Assembly: GCA_046563655.1 (NCBI GenBank)
Contig: CM102290.1
Coordinates: 4,588,001-4,652,000 of the forward strand
Source of the DNA: Yuukianura sp. NJ FZ-2021
Taxonomy: Eukaryota
Length of the DNA: 64,000 nucleotides
Reading direction: 5' to 3'
Under the pieces are notes generated by a model. That model worked only from the letters and a program-made list of their open reading frames with translations, did no database searches and was not told the DNA's origin. The position numbers and the translations under genes were made by a program. Each line of letters begins with the position of its first letter. The first letter of the stretch is position 1. Positions 1 through 12,900 of the stretch are shown here, in pieces.

Positions 1-3000
1 TTAACAAGTAAACAACTCATGTACCGTTCTTCTGATTTTTCAAGGCATACACTAGTGTTGGGTCAACTTTCAAGGCGATTCCGGCAGCAGACGCCATTTC
101 ACTCACATTCTGAAAAGAATATAATACGGGATTAGTACATGAACTTGGGATCTTAATGTTAAGAGATGGGGTGCAACCGCTGATTCGCCATTGGGAGCAT
201 GTTCATGAAAATCCAGGATAGAACTGAGGAGAAACGGTATTCGATCAATCAAGGCGTCATGAAGGGCTTCTTGCGTAAGTTGACGGAATCTCAGGATCAT
301 TCCAACGATTGTCAATCTTCGGAGCATATTTTCCACATCTAAAAACCAAAAGACGTTTAGGTTGTTAACTTCTATACACCACTAATACCAATAGTTTTTA
401 GAATATTTAATACATAATTTTACTAAATGTTTTGAAAAGATTTAGTATTATGATGAGATAGCTTACGCAATAGCTTTCGGAATAGCTCCTTCATCAAGTC
501 AGGCTTGTCAAAATTCGTTCGCAAATTCATTAGGACGTCCTTATTTGCCGCCACCATTTTCTGCAACAAACGATGAACCCGAATTATAAAGCTATTTTTG
601 GTTAAATTAATAAAGAGTTTCGATTGTCTCTTTCTTGTTAGAAAAAGAAACAAACCCACCTTCAGTTCCTGAACTTGTCCCGCAATTTGCCACATTAGTG
701 TTTCGTTCAAGTGTTTCATTCCATAAGGACCGATTAGTTCTGCCAAAGCTCGAAGTTCAGAAATGTCGGAATATTCTTCGGCACTGAATGGAATTGCACC
801 CTCTGCATTCAGACTGACAAATGCTCGCTGATTTCCAGAGAAACAAATATTTCCTGCGCTAACACGTCGCAACAACACTTCGGCATACCACTGTGTGTAC
901 AGAATTGCAACCGTCTTCTCTCCATGACTATCCATTTGTTGTGTCTGCTGAAGCAACACGTTGTTGAACACACGGGTCATGTCTAGGTGAACTGCAAAGG
1001 AGTTTAAATACTTTAATGTCTTTAATCTTCAATTTCTATGGTAACTATGAATACCGATTAAATATTCTTCTTACCGTAGTTCTCCACAGTCTGAAGAACG
1101 TTCATATATGCTCGTACACTGGCCAAGAGTTCTGATGGTTTTGCAATTTCATTCGTTTCTTGATTGAACATAACCATTCCGACGAGTGCTCTTGCAAATC
1201 TACTCTCTAAATGTTGGTGTAAATACTCTTTAGGGGCAAATGTGTATTCCCAAACGGAAATTGAAGGGCAGTAGTTGATTGCAAAGCAAAGTTCAGTAAG
1301 AGCCATATGAAGCTTATCCATCCTAATCAAAAACAAACCAATTTGTAGTGTCGAAACTTGAAACAAAACGAGATGTTTTTGTTTTGCTTACGTGGTCAAG
1401 TCCTCCCGTGTTTTCCGAAAACTTTCTACACCGGGACGATTTATTTCCGGAAGCGCCTTCTTGTACTTGTCCTTCACTTTTTTGCGATGAAGTTGATGAG
1501 CAAAAAGTGCTGCACAATGCTTCGGAAGCAGCTAGAATTGCAACATACAATCAGATAGCTCATTTTCACTGAAAACTTTATGTAAAGTGAAATAACTTAC
1601 CTTATCACTCAAGGTACATTGCTCGTCACAAATCGTAGTAATAATATTCTTGGCTTCTTTGGCCATTTCGTCCAGAAATATATTGACGACTGAGAGACTT
1701 CTTTCTCGAATATGATGGCGCTGCAAATATAAAATCGTAGCAAGTTAGAAGAACCTAGGTAATGAACAAGGTCTGCTTCCGAATTCTTTCGTACCTCTTC
1801 TGGACACATTTCATGAGTGCAGTTCATGAAGTGACTACAAATGAGAGGGAACGCTACAATGTATCGGTTCTGGGCAGGAAACTCTAGACACATATGGAAC
1901 TGGTCTTCAAAAATTTTGTTATAGAAACTGTACACAGAAAGAAACAAAATTCAATTGACATCACCTTCAGCTCCCGCAAGTAGTACAATTTAACAACAGA
2001 GACTATTCATGACTAACCATAGTAATGACAAGTCCGAGGTCTCTAACAAAAGTTCGTCTTGAAAATCGACGAGTTTCAAATGAAATATCGTCGTATTCAT
2101 GAGGTAGGAAACTCCTTGAAACCGTCCAAGGGAGTGGGAGAGTAATGCCTGCAGTCTATACCAATCCAGTCTGACACCTTGGAAATCGAATGTTTCGTTG
2201 TCTTCCACTGAAAAAGATAGTACTAGATATTAAAACACATTCTCGCCTGGGTTAAGCGTAAAGGCTTACCTTGTTTAATTGACAAAGTCGAAATAGTGTT
2301 GAAAATAGAAGCCAAAATCATGGATTCATTTTCAAACTTGGCAAAATTCTGGAGCAGTTGTCCCAAAGCTGGACCGTCGTAACACGACAAGTATTGCACA
2401 TAATACCGCTGAATAACTTGACTGTACTTTCTAACTAAAGCTACCAAAAACCAAACAAGCACTTTAGTCAACAGCTTTACGACTTACTTACGGCTTTACA
2501 ATGTACCTCGAAGTTCTTCCATATGAAATAAAAGCTCAGGAAGCTGACGATCTTCTAGATCTTCCATCGTTTTACTTTTGCTTTTGTGTTGAGGTGGGTT
2601 GTCGTGATGTCGTAACAGCCACACAACTTCGTCTCGAGCGTAACAGAGTCCCATGAACACATATAATGCCTAATTCAGCACAAGATGAATCCATATTAAA
2701 GAAGAAGCCGTAACATTAGGAAGTTGGAAGTTGGTTAGGTATCAGTATCTTATTCAAACTCAATTACTTTTGGTCCCAAGAGTCCAGGCTGGTCGGTCAT
2801 GACAAGAGCCATCTCTTTCAGCGCAGTTCTAAAGAACTTACGCCTCTCTCGATGCATCAAAGCACTAGAATCGATAACAATAGAGCCAAGAATAATAATA
2901 CAATGGTGCACTAGACAACTGTACAGTATTACAGTAAACGATCTCCAGAAACATTTGCTTACGCATTCTGTACAGCGTATGTACACGCATCCTTCACATC

Positions 3001-4519
3001 GGAAATTCGTTTTGAATATCCCTTCATTCCATCAAAGAAGGCGTTGATGTAGGAGTGAATATGAAGGACTTCATCGCGAAACAGTGTAACCACCCATGAT
3101 GATTTCAAAGTAGAAAGCCACATCTCATCTGCAGCTAATTGGTTATTATTGAGGGCGTTATGACACAGCATAAAACCAACTACATAAACAATGTAAATTA
3201 ATGCATATAACTGAAAATTGTGATGGTTCCAGTCGACTTACATATGATCCATCTTTCCATTGTATCCAAGGAAAGATATTCACAAGGAGTTGTATCGGTT
3301 CTAGCCGGGATCAACAAGTAAGTCGGTTGGGCAGTTAAACTTAGCATTTGTTTTTTTCTGAAACACAATTTGTAACATAAGTGAGTGGTATAAGTCAACA
3401 AATATTTCGAGACAATACAGTACGACGCCTCCAAATAGCAATGTTTGAACAACGAAATGTGTAATATTATAAAGGTGTATTAGAATAAGGTAAGCAAAAG
3501 CAAACTGTCCTAAACCTTACCGAAAAGTATCTGCTTCGAGATTTCGACGAGGGTATATATTCTGCAGGGAAACCAAAGCCTTCACCAGTAACCTCGAATG
3601 TGGTGCGAATTCTTCGGATAACTTCTTCATTGGTGGGTCATATTCCAGAATCATTTGACCCAACCGTGGGAAACTAGTGTCTCCCGATCTAAAGCAAAAT
3701 TCAAACGCAAACGCAAAAATCAAATAATGAAAAACGTAATAATATAACTAGGGATTGTGTTGGGTTGGACAGTGGCTTACCCTTGGTTCGGATGAGCCAA
3801 CTCCTGGGCCACATGAAATAACCCTAGAACTGCTTTCCTATCTTCGACGCGAGAAAGAAGAATCATTAGGGTGACGTAAGTAACCACCAGATCAAGGTAA
3901 CCCTTCGTTAGGTCAAAGTTTAACGTCTACAAAAAAAACAAACAAACATTTCATGGTATATTCACGGATGCTGCATTGAATGCTGGGATGCTGAGAAGAA
4001 GTTATAAACTTACAATGTCTAGTTCTATTTGGCACGCATCCATAATAGTAAGAAGATCAGAGACATGATCTTTGAAGTCGAGCAAATCCACAAACGTATA
4101 ATAGTACAGGTTGAGGGTCTTAGAAATTTCAGCTCGATAACCACCAATATTTTGAACCTGAAGGTGAGAAATAGTTTCTTACAAACTACGTTTGGTAGAT
4201 AACAACTGCAAAGAGGTGAAGTTTCGTACTTGTTTTATATCGATGTTTGGAAATCTCTTGACGATGTGCTTCAGAGATGATTCAAGGGATTTCTCCGAAA
4301 GGAATCCAGGTTTGGATTTGGTATCTCCGCAGGCCTAAAAACCAAGCAAGTTATTCAGGTTACATACTACATAATGTTTAAGTTTTACATAAATACGTTT
4401 ACTCAATCATGGAGTTTTTAACTCGCCTTTTTTATATTGTACAATCTTGTCAGCAGTCCTATCCCTCTATCCGTCAGAATCGTCAGCTTCTCTGCCAACT
4501 TATGCTGTGTAGGATCCAT
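1..4519 (-). CDS. NCKAP1: Nck-associated protein 1 / membrane-associated protein Hem (WAVE regulatory complex subunit); multi-exon, 3' end lies beyond the window start
   Basis: ATG at 4519 gives [50 protein letters not shown], the family N-terminus. Later exons encode typical Nap1/Hem segments ([102 protein letters not shown]), separated by short (~55-100 bp) spliceosomal introns. Confidence 0.96.
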
Positions 4520-5283
4520 ACTTTAGACGGTAATGAAACTAAACCAACACTGGTAATTTATAAGTGGATAATTGTTCATCCAAGTGAAGTGATCTGCTGA
4601 TCACACAGAGGGTGAACCACTCATGAAGTGGTTCATTTTTCACAGAGCAGGAATTGAGCGTTGTTCTATCCGATTTCTGCGGGGCACGCGTGACGCGTAT
4701 AGAAATAATTAAGTGACCCCACCTGTATTCGCGGGATAAGTTCGTTGAGGTCCCTGTTAATAAATAAATGAATTGATTTCGATAAAGACGGCTACACGCG
4801 GAAATTGCACTGCTAAGTTAAACAGTAAATAATTTTAGAAACTAAAGGAATTTACTTGTCTAACCTGACCTGACGCAGAATCACAATGAGTCAGCGTCTA
4901 AAACCGGCGCTGGGAGGGTGAGCCCACGAATAACCAACCAGAGGTCAGCGGAACAACATACACGAAAAACCGGAAATGACACGTCAAGTCGTCAAGTAAA
5001 ACCAAAGTGTCAAATAAATCTCAAGTTAAACTGTTTCTAACGAAAACAATAGTACAGTCTTATCGCAGAATACGGGGACGGGGAGTTCAAACTAAATTTG
5101 TAGAAATTAATTATGCATCACAAAACCATAAATTGACACAACACCCATCCCAAACACGATAACGAAGGGACACGAACAGAGGAGGAACAAATGCGGTCGT
5201 GATTCCTAATGCATTCCTGTCCTTTTCCGTTTACCTTCACTCCGCCAATGCTTTTGCACAGACGTTTATGAGAGGTGCGGTTG

Positions 5284-5876
5284 TATGGGGGGAGATTTGC
5301 TGATAAACAACAGGATTTATTCCGCAACAGGAATACCAAAAAACGAGCAATTCCTGTTGAGGAGAATCCTGTTGCGTAACTCCTTGACAGTCAATTCCTG
5401 TTGCAAAAAATCCTGACAGTCATTTTCTGTAGCAAAAAATCCTGACTGTGAATTTCTGTTGCGAAAAATCCTGACAGTGAATTTCTGTTGCGAAAAATCC
5501 TGACAGTCATTTTCTGTTGCAAAAAATCCTGACAGTCATTTTCTGTTGCAAAAAATCCTGACAGTGAATTACTGTTGCGAAAAATCCTGGTAGCTAATTT
5601 CTGTTGCGAAAAATCCTGGTAGCTAATTTCTGTTGCGAAAAATCCTGGTAGCTAATTTCTGTTGCGAAAAATCCTGGTAGCTAATTTCTGTTGCGAAAAA
5701 TCCTGGTAGCTAATTTCTGTTGCGAAAAATCCTGGTAGCTAATTTCTGTTGCAAAATTCGAGACGTGTTTTTGACACCAGGAATTGAGGTGTGTTTGTGT
5801 TTGAGGCCGGTATTTTTAGGTATTCCTAGTTAATGTGGAGAATTTCGTAACATTGATCAGCAAATCTCCCCCCATA
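5284..5876 (+). mobile_element. Non-autonomous DNA transposon (MITE-like) with a perfect 21-bp terminal inverted repeat and an internal 29-bp tandem array
   Basis: TATGGGGGGAGATTTGCTGAT (5284-5304) is the exact reverse complement of ATCAGCAAATCTCCCCCCATA (5856-5876). The outer TA/AT may be the target-site duplication. No transposase ORF is present. Confidence 0.8.
5395..5753 (+). repeat. 29-bp tandem repeat array (~12 units), consensus close to TCCTGACAGTGAATTTCTGTTGCGAAAAA / TCCTGGTAGCTAATTTCTGTTGCGAAAAA
   Basis: Direct 29-nt periodicity. About six GACAG-type units are followed by six near-identical GGTAGCTA-type units (5585-5753). There are no spacers. Confidence 0.95.
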
Positions 5877-6290
5877 AATTCCTGGTGTCAAAAACACATC
5901 TCAAATTTTGCAACAGAAATTAGCTACCAGGATTTTTCGCAACAGAAATTCGGTGTCAGGATTTTTTGCAATAGAAAATCCCTGTCAGAATTTTTTGCAA
6001 CAGAAAATCACTGTCAGAATTTCTTGCAACAGAAATTCACTGTCAAGATTTTTTGCAACAGAAAATTTCTGTCAGGATTTTTTGCAACAGAAAATGGGTG
6101 TCAGGATTTTTTGCATCTGAAAATGGTTGTCAGGATTTTTTACATCAGAAAACGGCTGTCAGGATTTTTTGCAACAGGAATTCACTATCACGATTTACGC
6201 CACAGGATTCTCCGCAATAGGAATTCCTCATTTGTTGGCATTCCTGTTGCGGAGAAAATTCTGTTGTTTATCAGCAAATCTCCCCTCATA
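5877..6290 (-). mobile_element. Second, inverted and truncated copy of the same 29-bp-repeat TIR element
   Basis: 5877 onward (AATTCCTGGTGTCAAAAACACATCTCAAATTTTGCAACAGAAATTAGCTACCAGG) is the reverse complement of ~5730-5785. It ends at 6290 with ...GTTGTTTATCAGCAAATCTCCCCTCATA, matching the left end of copy 1. Its ~10 repeat units are more diverged. Confidence 0.8.
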
Positions 6291-6976
6291 GATTGGTAGC
6301 TAATTTGAATGGTTCAAATTTTTGTAGTTATGAGTTGATCGCCCAGCTATGCAGCGGTGGGTGAAAGTGTCGTGTTTCCTTTCTCCTGTAGAACCCTTAC
6401 TCCTGCCGAGAAATGAAAAACCCTCCAATTCCTCTTTCCTCCGGTAAACACCACACAGCACTAAAATCAGCCGTCGCCGTCAATTTATTTTGGGATTTGA
6501 ATTAAGCTTTCGTAATTATTGCTGAAGAATGGTTAATTAATTACGTCGGTGCCAATCTGTCAATCACGGGAAGAGGAGTAAAACAAGTTGTAGCGCTACC
6601 TTTATTTGTGATGAGTTAGTAGTTGGTGGCACGCACTGTAAGAAACAATAGAAATGGGAAAATGAAGAAAGTGAATTTTCTCTTTTCGCTCTGTCCTGTC
6701 AAACGTCAAAGTCATTATTGTTGTAATTGACCCTTACGAGCAATGCGGGCATCGTGATTAGCTAGAATTCGTTAAACACTCGTCGAACCAAGAAACGTAA
6801 ATAAGTAAGTACGTTTTCGTTTGCTGGCGTTTCGACCTACTTTTAAGGTAATTTGTACCATTGTACGGTACAATTTGTACCTAGGCTTTCAGACTAAAGG
6901 TTTCCGTGTCTTTAATATTGTATTAAATATATACATAGATTTTATTCTGGGTACACAGGTTTATTTCGTCATCAAA

Positions 6977-9900
6977 ATGGAGAAATACTTGGAAATGTTA
7001 CCTAGCTTCCTTGAGGACCAGGCAAACGACAAAGGGGAAGCCAAACTAAAGATAATTCAAGAGATCACAGAGAATTTCGAGGTTAGTGATTCTATGTAAT
7101 ATGATTGTGGAAGTGTCGAAAGTGCATTGCCAATGTTTGCAGAGGTAATGAAGCTAGAAGATGAATACTAAATACTCAAAATCTTTGGTTTTAGGGAATA
7201 CTTTCTTCTCCTGCCTATCCTCAGTTTCTGGAAGCAGCTATACCAATTTTCTTGAAGTTTTTTGAAGACTGCGAGCCTTACTTTGTTGCAGAATATCAGC
7301 TACAGGTATTAGAAGGCTTAATAATAAGAATCCAGAAATACTTGATGAATATAAAGACATCGGCTCGATTTTGTTAACGTGTTTCGAAACTGTTTGTTTA
7401 CTACATAAATACGTCTTTTGTTTCTTAACAGCAAGCACGTAAAGCGGTCTTAGAGCTCTTACATCGCCTTCCGGCAAATGAAGTATTACGGCCTTATGTC
7501 CGTCCTATTCTCACAGCTGTGTTTCGACTACTTGCAATCGATAATGAAGAAAATGTTCTTGTTTGTCTTCGCATCATCATTGAGCTACACAAGCAATTTC
7601 GTCCTCAGTTTTCTGTCGAAGTGCAAAATTTCCTCATTTTTGTGCGAACAGTTTACAAGGACCTACCAAAACATATGGAAAAGATCTTCGAACCTAAATT
7701 ACAAGCGACAGTACAGGACGTAAGCGAAATTAACTATAGCAACAGCGCAGCATTGGATGAAATTTATTCCGCCACGACATTTCACACCGATAAGAAGACG
7801 CCAGAAGGGATGTCACAATCCGTAAGTTAGCTAATCATGATTGTCCAAAGAAACACTGACTACATAAACATAAATCCATGCGTCGGTTTAAGTCTAATGT
7901 ACGTGTTTCTTTTTCAGTACACCGTTCTGCCAAAAGCTCAAAATTCTCTTAAAGTTCTACAAGAGCTTCCTATAATTGTCGTTTTGATGTACCAAATATA
8001 CAAGGCCAGTGTGCAGCAGGAAGTCGCGGATTTTATCCCGATCGTTATGTCTACCATAATACTGCAGCCTAATGAAAGTCACAGGCAAGTTTTTAAAAAT
8101 ATGGAACCTTCAGATGGTAAAAACAAATAGCACGAACTGCTAACATAATTCTTGAACTAAACTGTGTAACTGATAATAATGCTAAATATTTTTATTTTAG
8201 GACAAGCACTGGGTTCAATAAGGAAGTGTTAGTTGAATTCATGGGAGCTCAAGTGAAAACGTTGTCGTTCCTGGCTTATATCATAAAGTTGTACCAGGAC
8301 TTGGTGGTGCAGCATAGTGAGCTATTGGTCAATGGTTTCATCAGTTTACTCACGCTGTGTCCTATGGAGGTGGCTCATTTGAGAAGAGAGCTTTTCATTG
8401 CTGCACGTCACATTATGGCGACGGAACTCCGATACAGTAACGTTTCATTTAACATTTACAACGTGCACGGCAACTGTTAATTATGATTTCTATACGACGG
8501 GAAATGTTTAACTTTTCAGAATTCGTACCTCACATGGATCAACTGTTTGATGAAAATATTTTACTCGGGAAAGGGTGGACCGTAAACGAAACAATGAGGC
8601 CATTAGCTTACAGTACATTAGCAGATTTGGTTCATCACGTTCGGCAACACCTCACTCTTCCACAACTGAGCAAGGCCATTACGTTCTTTTCCTATCACAT
8701 TCACGATGAAACGCTGCCTGTCAGGTATGTAATGCGTACACGCTTGTGAGATTTTATTAATCATGTAATAATTTTTCTGTCCTACATATTAATTAAATTA
8801 AACACTTTCAGCATCCATACAATGTCCTGCAAGCTCCTGTTCAACCTGGTGGAAAGCATTCGCCTTAAATCTGAATCCGATAACGGAGACGGGAGAAAAG
8901 TTCTGATGAACATGCTGGATGCGTTGGCTTACAAGTTCAAAACTATTGCACAAGTACACATACCGTACTTCATCAACAAATTGTAAGTGGAGTTGTCTAT
9001 AACCACAACTTCATTGGAAGGGTTAACATTGGTTATATCTGTATTATTAGAATTTAGAATTCGAAATACCCGACACACTTTAGGGAAGTTGTTAACTTTT
9101 TTATTTTGTAGTAATCTCGCGACTGTCCAATCTGAGAGGAAGTCGGATGCTGAGCAAACAGTAGAAGAAATATTGAGCCGAGGATTTTTCGATGGAACCG
9201 TAAAGGAAGAGGTGCGCCGTTTCGGATTTCCTCAGCCTCCGATGCAAGCTTACATATTCCATGAATGCAGAACACTAGTAAAAACGGTTGTATGTGCTGT
9301 CAAGACCATTTCCTGGGGAATCGCTTCCTGCAAACCCCGCGTGAGTATATTTTCGATGTTCTTAAATCCAGTTATGACAATCTCCAGCATTTTGCTCAGC
9401 CATTCCAAAAGCTATGATCCGATTGGTTTCAATTTATAAACAGAGTACACAAACAGATATACCGGGGAATGTGTACAAACAGTTTACTGCTAAGGAGACT
9501 GAGGTATACTTGAGATTAATGAAGTGGGGGCTGAAGGCTGTGGACATTTATGCCATAAATGGTCCTGGAGCTGGAGGTCTCAATCCGCAGAGAAACATGA
9601 ACACGCAAGGTGTGAGATCCAAAGAAGAAAAGGAAGTCCTGGAATACTTTGCTGGAGCGGTAATGAAGTTATTTTTCGTTTTTAGTTGAATAATGTTTCA
9701 GTTTAATATATTCCGTTTTTCTAGTTCACTCTGCTTAACACATACACATTCCGCGAAATATTCAGCGTCCGTATCAAACTGTTGGTGGAGAGAATTCATG
9801 AAAACAATGCACTTCAGGTTGTGGCAAACAATCTTCTCGCGAATCCAACCACTTCTGCTGTTTTTGCAACAATTTTGGTGGAATTTCTGCTGGAGAAGCT

Positions 9901-12900
9901 ACCAGACATGGGAGAAGACGCAGAAAAAAGTAGTCTGTACTTAAGACTGTTCAAATTGGTTTTTGGATCTGTGAGTCTATTTCCTGCTGAGAATGAACAA
10001 ATGTTGAAACCACATTTACGGGAAATCGTGAACAGGTAATAATCTGAAATAATATAATAAAATACATTTTTCTATTTAACTTATTCCTACTCTACTTACA
10101 AGGTCTATGGATTTGGCTCTAAATGCCAAGGATCCTTACAACTACTTTTTGCTTCTGCGTGCTCTGTTTCGATCCATTGGAGGTGGAAGTCACGATCTTT
10201 TGTACCAGGAGTTCCTGCCTCTTCTTCCGAGTCTCTTGCAAGGTATAAATTCATCAATTAAATTAGTGTACTCAACTATTGATATTGTGAAACATGTATG
10301 TTTTAGGTCTCAACAGTTTGCAAAGTGGGTTACACAAGCAACATATGAAGGATCTGTTTGTTGAATTGTGCCTTACGGTTCCAGTTCGACTGAGTAGTCT
10401 CCTTCCATACTTGCCAATGCTAATGGATCCCTTAGTTTCTGCACTGAATGGATCTCCAACTCTAGTGAGCCAAGGACTAAGAACTCTTGAACTCTGCGTC
10501 GACAACCTTCAACCTGAATTCCTATATGAACACATTCAACCAGTCCGCACAGAATTGATGCAAGCACTTTGGAGAACACTGAGAAATCCAGTTGATTCTA
10601 CTGCTATTGTGGCCTACAGGTGACAAAACAATGTTATTTCTCTAGTAACTTTACAAGTAGCGAAGACGAACAGCGTATACGTAATAAGGATGAAACGATG
10701 AAAGGCGATTAGTTGCTCAAGGATAACTTATTAATGTTTCATTGTTATAATTGTAACAGAATACTTGGGAAATTCGGTGGAAGTAATCGCAAAATGTTGA
10801 TGGAGCCACAAAAGCTTGAATACGGAGATAAAACTTGTCAAGGCCCTCAAATTCAAATGTTCTTTCAAGACCATAAGGCCTCCGTTACTCTCCCGATTGA
10901 AAAGATCGTTGAAACAGCATATAACACACTGAAAACACCTACTACCGAACTTCATTACAAGAAACATGCGTGGCACTTCCTGAAGTCTTACCTTGCGTCG
11001 AGCATGTTAACTAGCGACGATCCAAACGTTGTCAACAAAGTCATCCTTCATCCCACCATGCATCAACAAGACGTTACGAGTGTTACGGTATTCAAACATA
11101 TGGATGAGAAGTCAAGGACTATCCATGCAACAGCCCTTAGCGGAGTCTGTATTGCATGTGCTACGAAAGAACTCAAACCTGAAGCTTATACATTCCTAGT
11201 GGACATAATGCGTCACTACGCCTTGGTTGCTGTTGCGCAACAAGTGGGGCCCATTGTCGCCGTCAAATGTCATGGAATGGACCCGTATGTGGTGTTTGAT
11301 GCCGTTACTATTGTGCTAGCTGGAGAAGACAGAGAATTTGAGCAGTATGTTTTCTTCGGCCTCTCCATTCTGATGAACGCAATAGTCAGCCTGGTTGGAA
11401 CTACGGAAAGAGCATGTTCGCTGCCAATGATAGAATATCTTATTGAGAACGTATGTGCTTTGTGCTACGAAAGAGCTTGGTATACGAAGATGGGTGGTTG
11501 CAATGCTATCGACTTTCTGCTGGACCATATGTCTTCGAAATGGGTGCTACAACATTACATCAATATCCTAAAGTCAATGTTGTTTGTTCTTACGGATTTG
11601 AGTGGGGAAGTCTCCAGTGGAACCGTTGAAGCTGCCAAGAACAATCTGGAGAAAATACTGGGAATTTGTGTCTCTATTACCGAACCTCATCTTATAGCCC
11701 TAAGAGACTCAACGCTAGCATCAGTCACTGTGGAGTTTGTTAGACATTTAACAAGTTCTGTTACGAACGTTCGTGAACAATCGGTGAACAACTTGACCCT
11801 CTTGGCAGAACTTCAAGGAAAATCAATCTCAGACATTATTCAGCCACACATGGCTGTAATAGCGGATATGATTCCTCCAAAGAAGCATTCTATACGACAC
11901 CAGCCACTTCAGGCACAACTTGGAATTTTGGATGGAAACAGCTTTTGCCTTTATTATGCTCCCACGCTCTTTACAATTGACTTTAGTCTTCCGGAACACC
12001 GGAGTTTTATTCCAGAAATTGTTGGAATTTGTGAAAGTGACGATGTTACTCTGTCCAAGTACCCGTGCTACAAAAATGTATTGAATTTGTTCCCTGTTCG
12101 CATTGCCATTTTGAAGGTATTGGGATGCGTCGTAGCCCCTTCACCTTTAAGGGAGAAAATCATAGCTCTTTTTCTAAAATCACTGGCAAATTCCAATGAA
12201 GAGTTACAAGAGGCAGCGTTTGAGTCTATGAGAAAGTTCATGCGACAAAACGAAGTAGAAGATGAACTGGTAAGAAAGTTTTTCCATTTCCAATACTCTA
12301 TTCTCCATATTATTTTTGTGTTTCTTTTTTCCAATCAGATCAATCAATCGATGAGACCAGTTCTCGCTTCACTGACAAACCTCAAGTCAGTGACATTGGA
12401 AGGTTTGCGTCATGCCGCGTATCTTTATCAACTTGCTCCAGAAGGAAACATCAAATTGTGGGATGCACTGATTCAAGTCTTGAGAAAATTTTTGGAAGGA
12501 GCTCTACAAAACCATAGCAAAACACCGAACAAGAATGGGTTTCACGAATTCAAAATTGCTATTGCCATAGTGGATCATTTCGAACTATTGACCGACGAAG
12601 CAGACGCGGTGCAACGGAAGTTTCTGGAATCAGTTTGTAAACTATGTTTACAGGCCGAGAAGGCATTGTCTCTACATAAAGGGTCTCCACTGCGCCCAAA
12701 TTTAATGAAGTATTTGTCTAAGTTGCCACAGGAGTACATCCATCAAGTATTCGAAACATATTTGGCACATCCGGAATGGAACAGTTTCTTTTTGTACTTC
12801 TTAAAACAACCAATTGCTACCAGCTTGAGGGAGAAATTGGTCCAAAATCCGGCATACATCCTTCACTGCTTGAGCATAATGCAGCATCCCACCAATCCCT

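Noticed and set aside
5395..6180. 29-bp repeats as a CRISPR array
   Set aside because: The units are contiguous with no unique spacers, there are no cas genes, and the context is eukaryotic and intron-rich.
5835..6299. 154-aa and 70-aa ORFs with repeated QDFLQQK / RIFCNRK motifs
   Set aside because: They are translation by-products of the 29-bp tandem array and lack a true ATG start.
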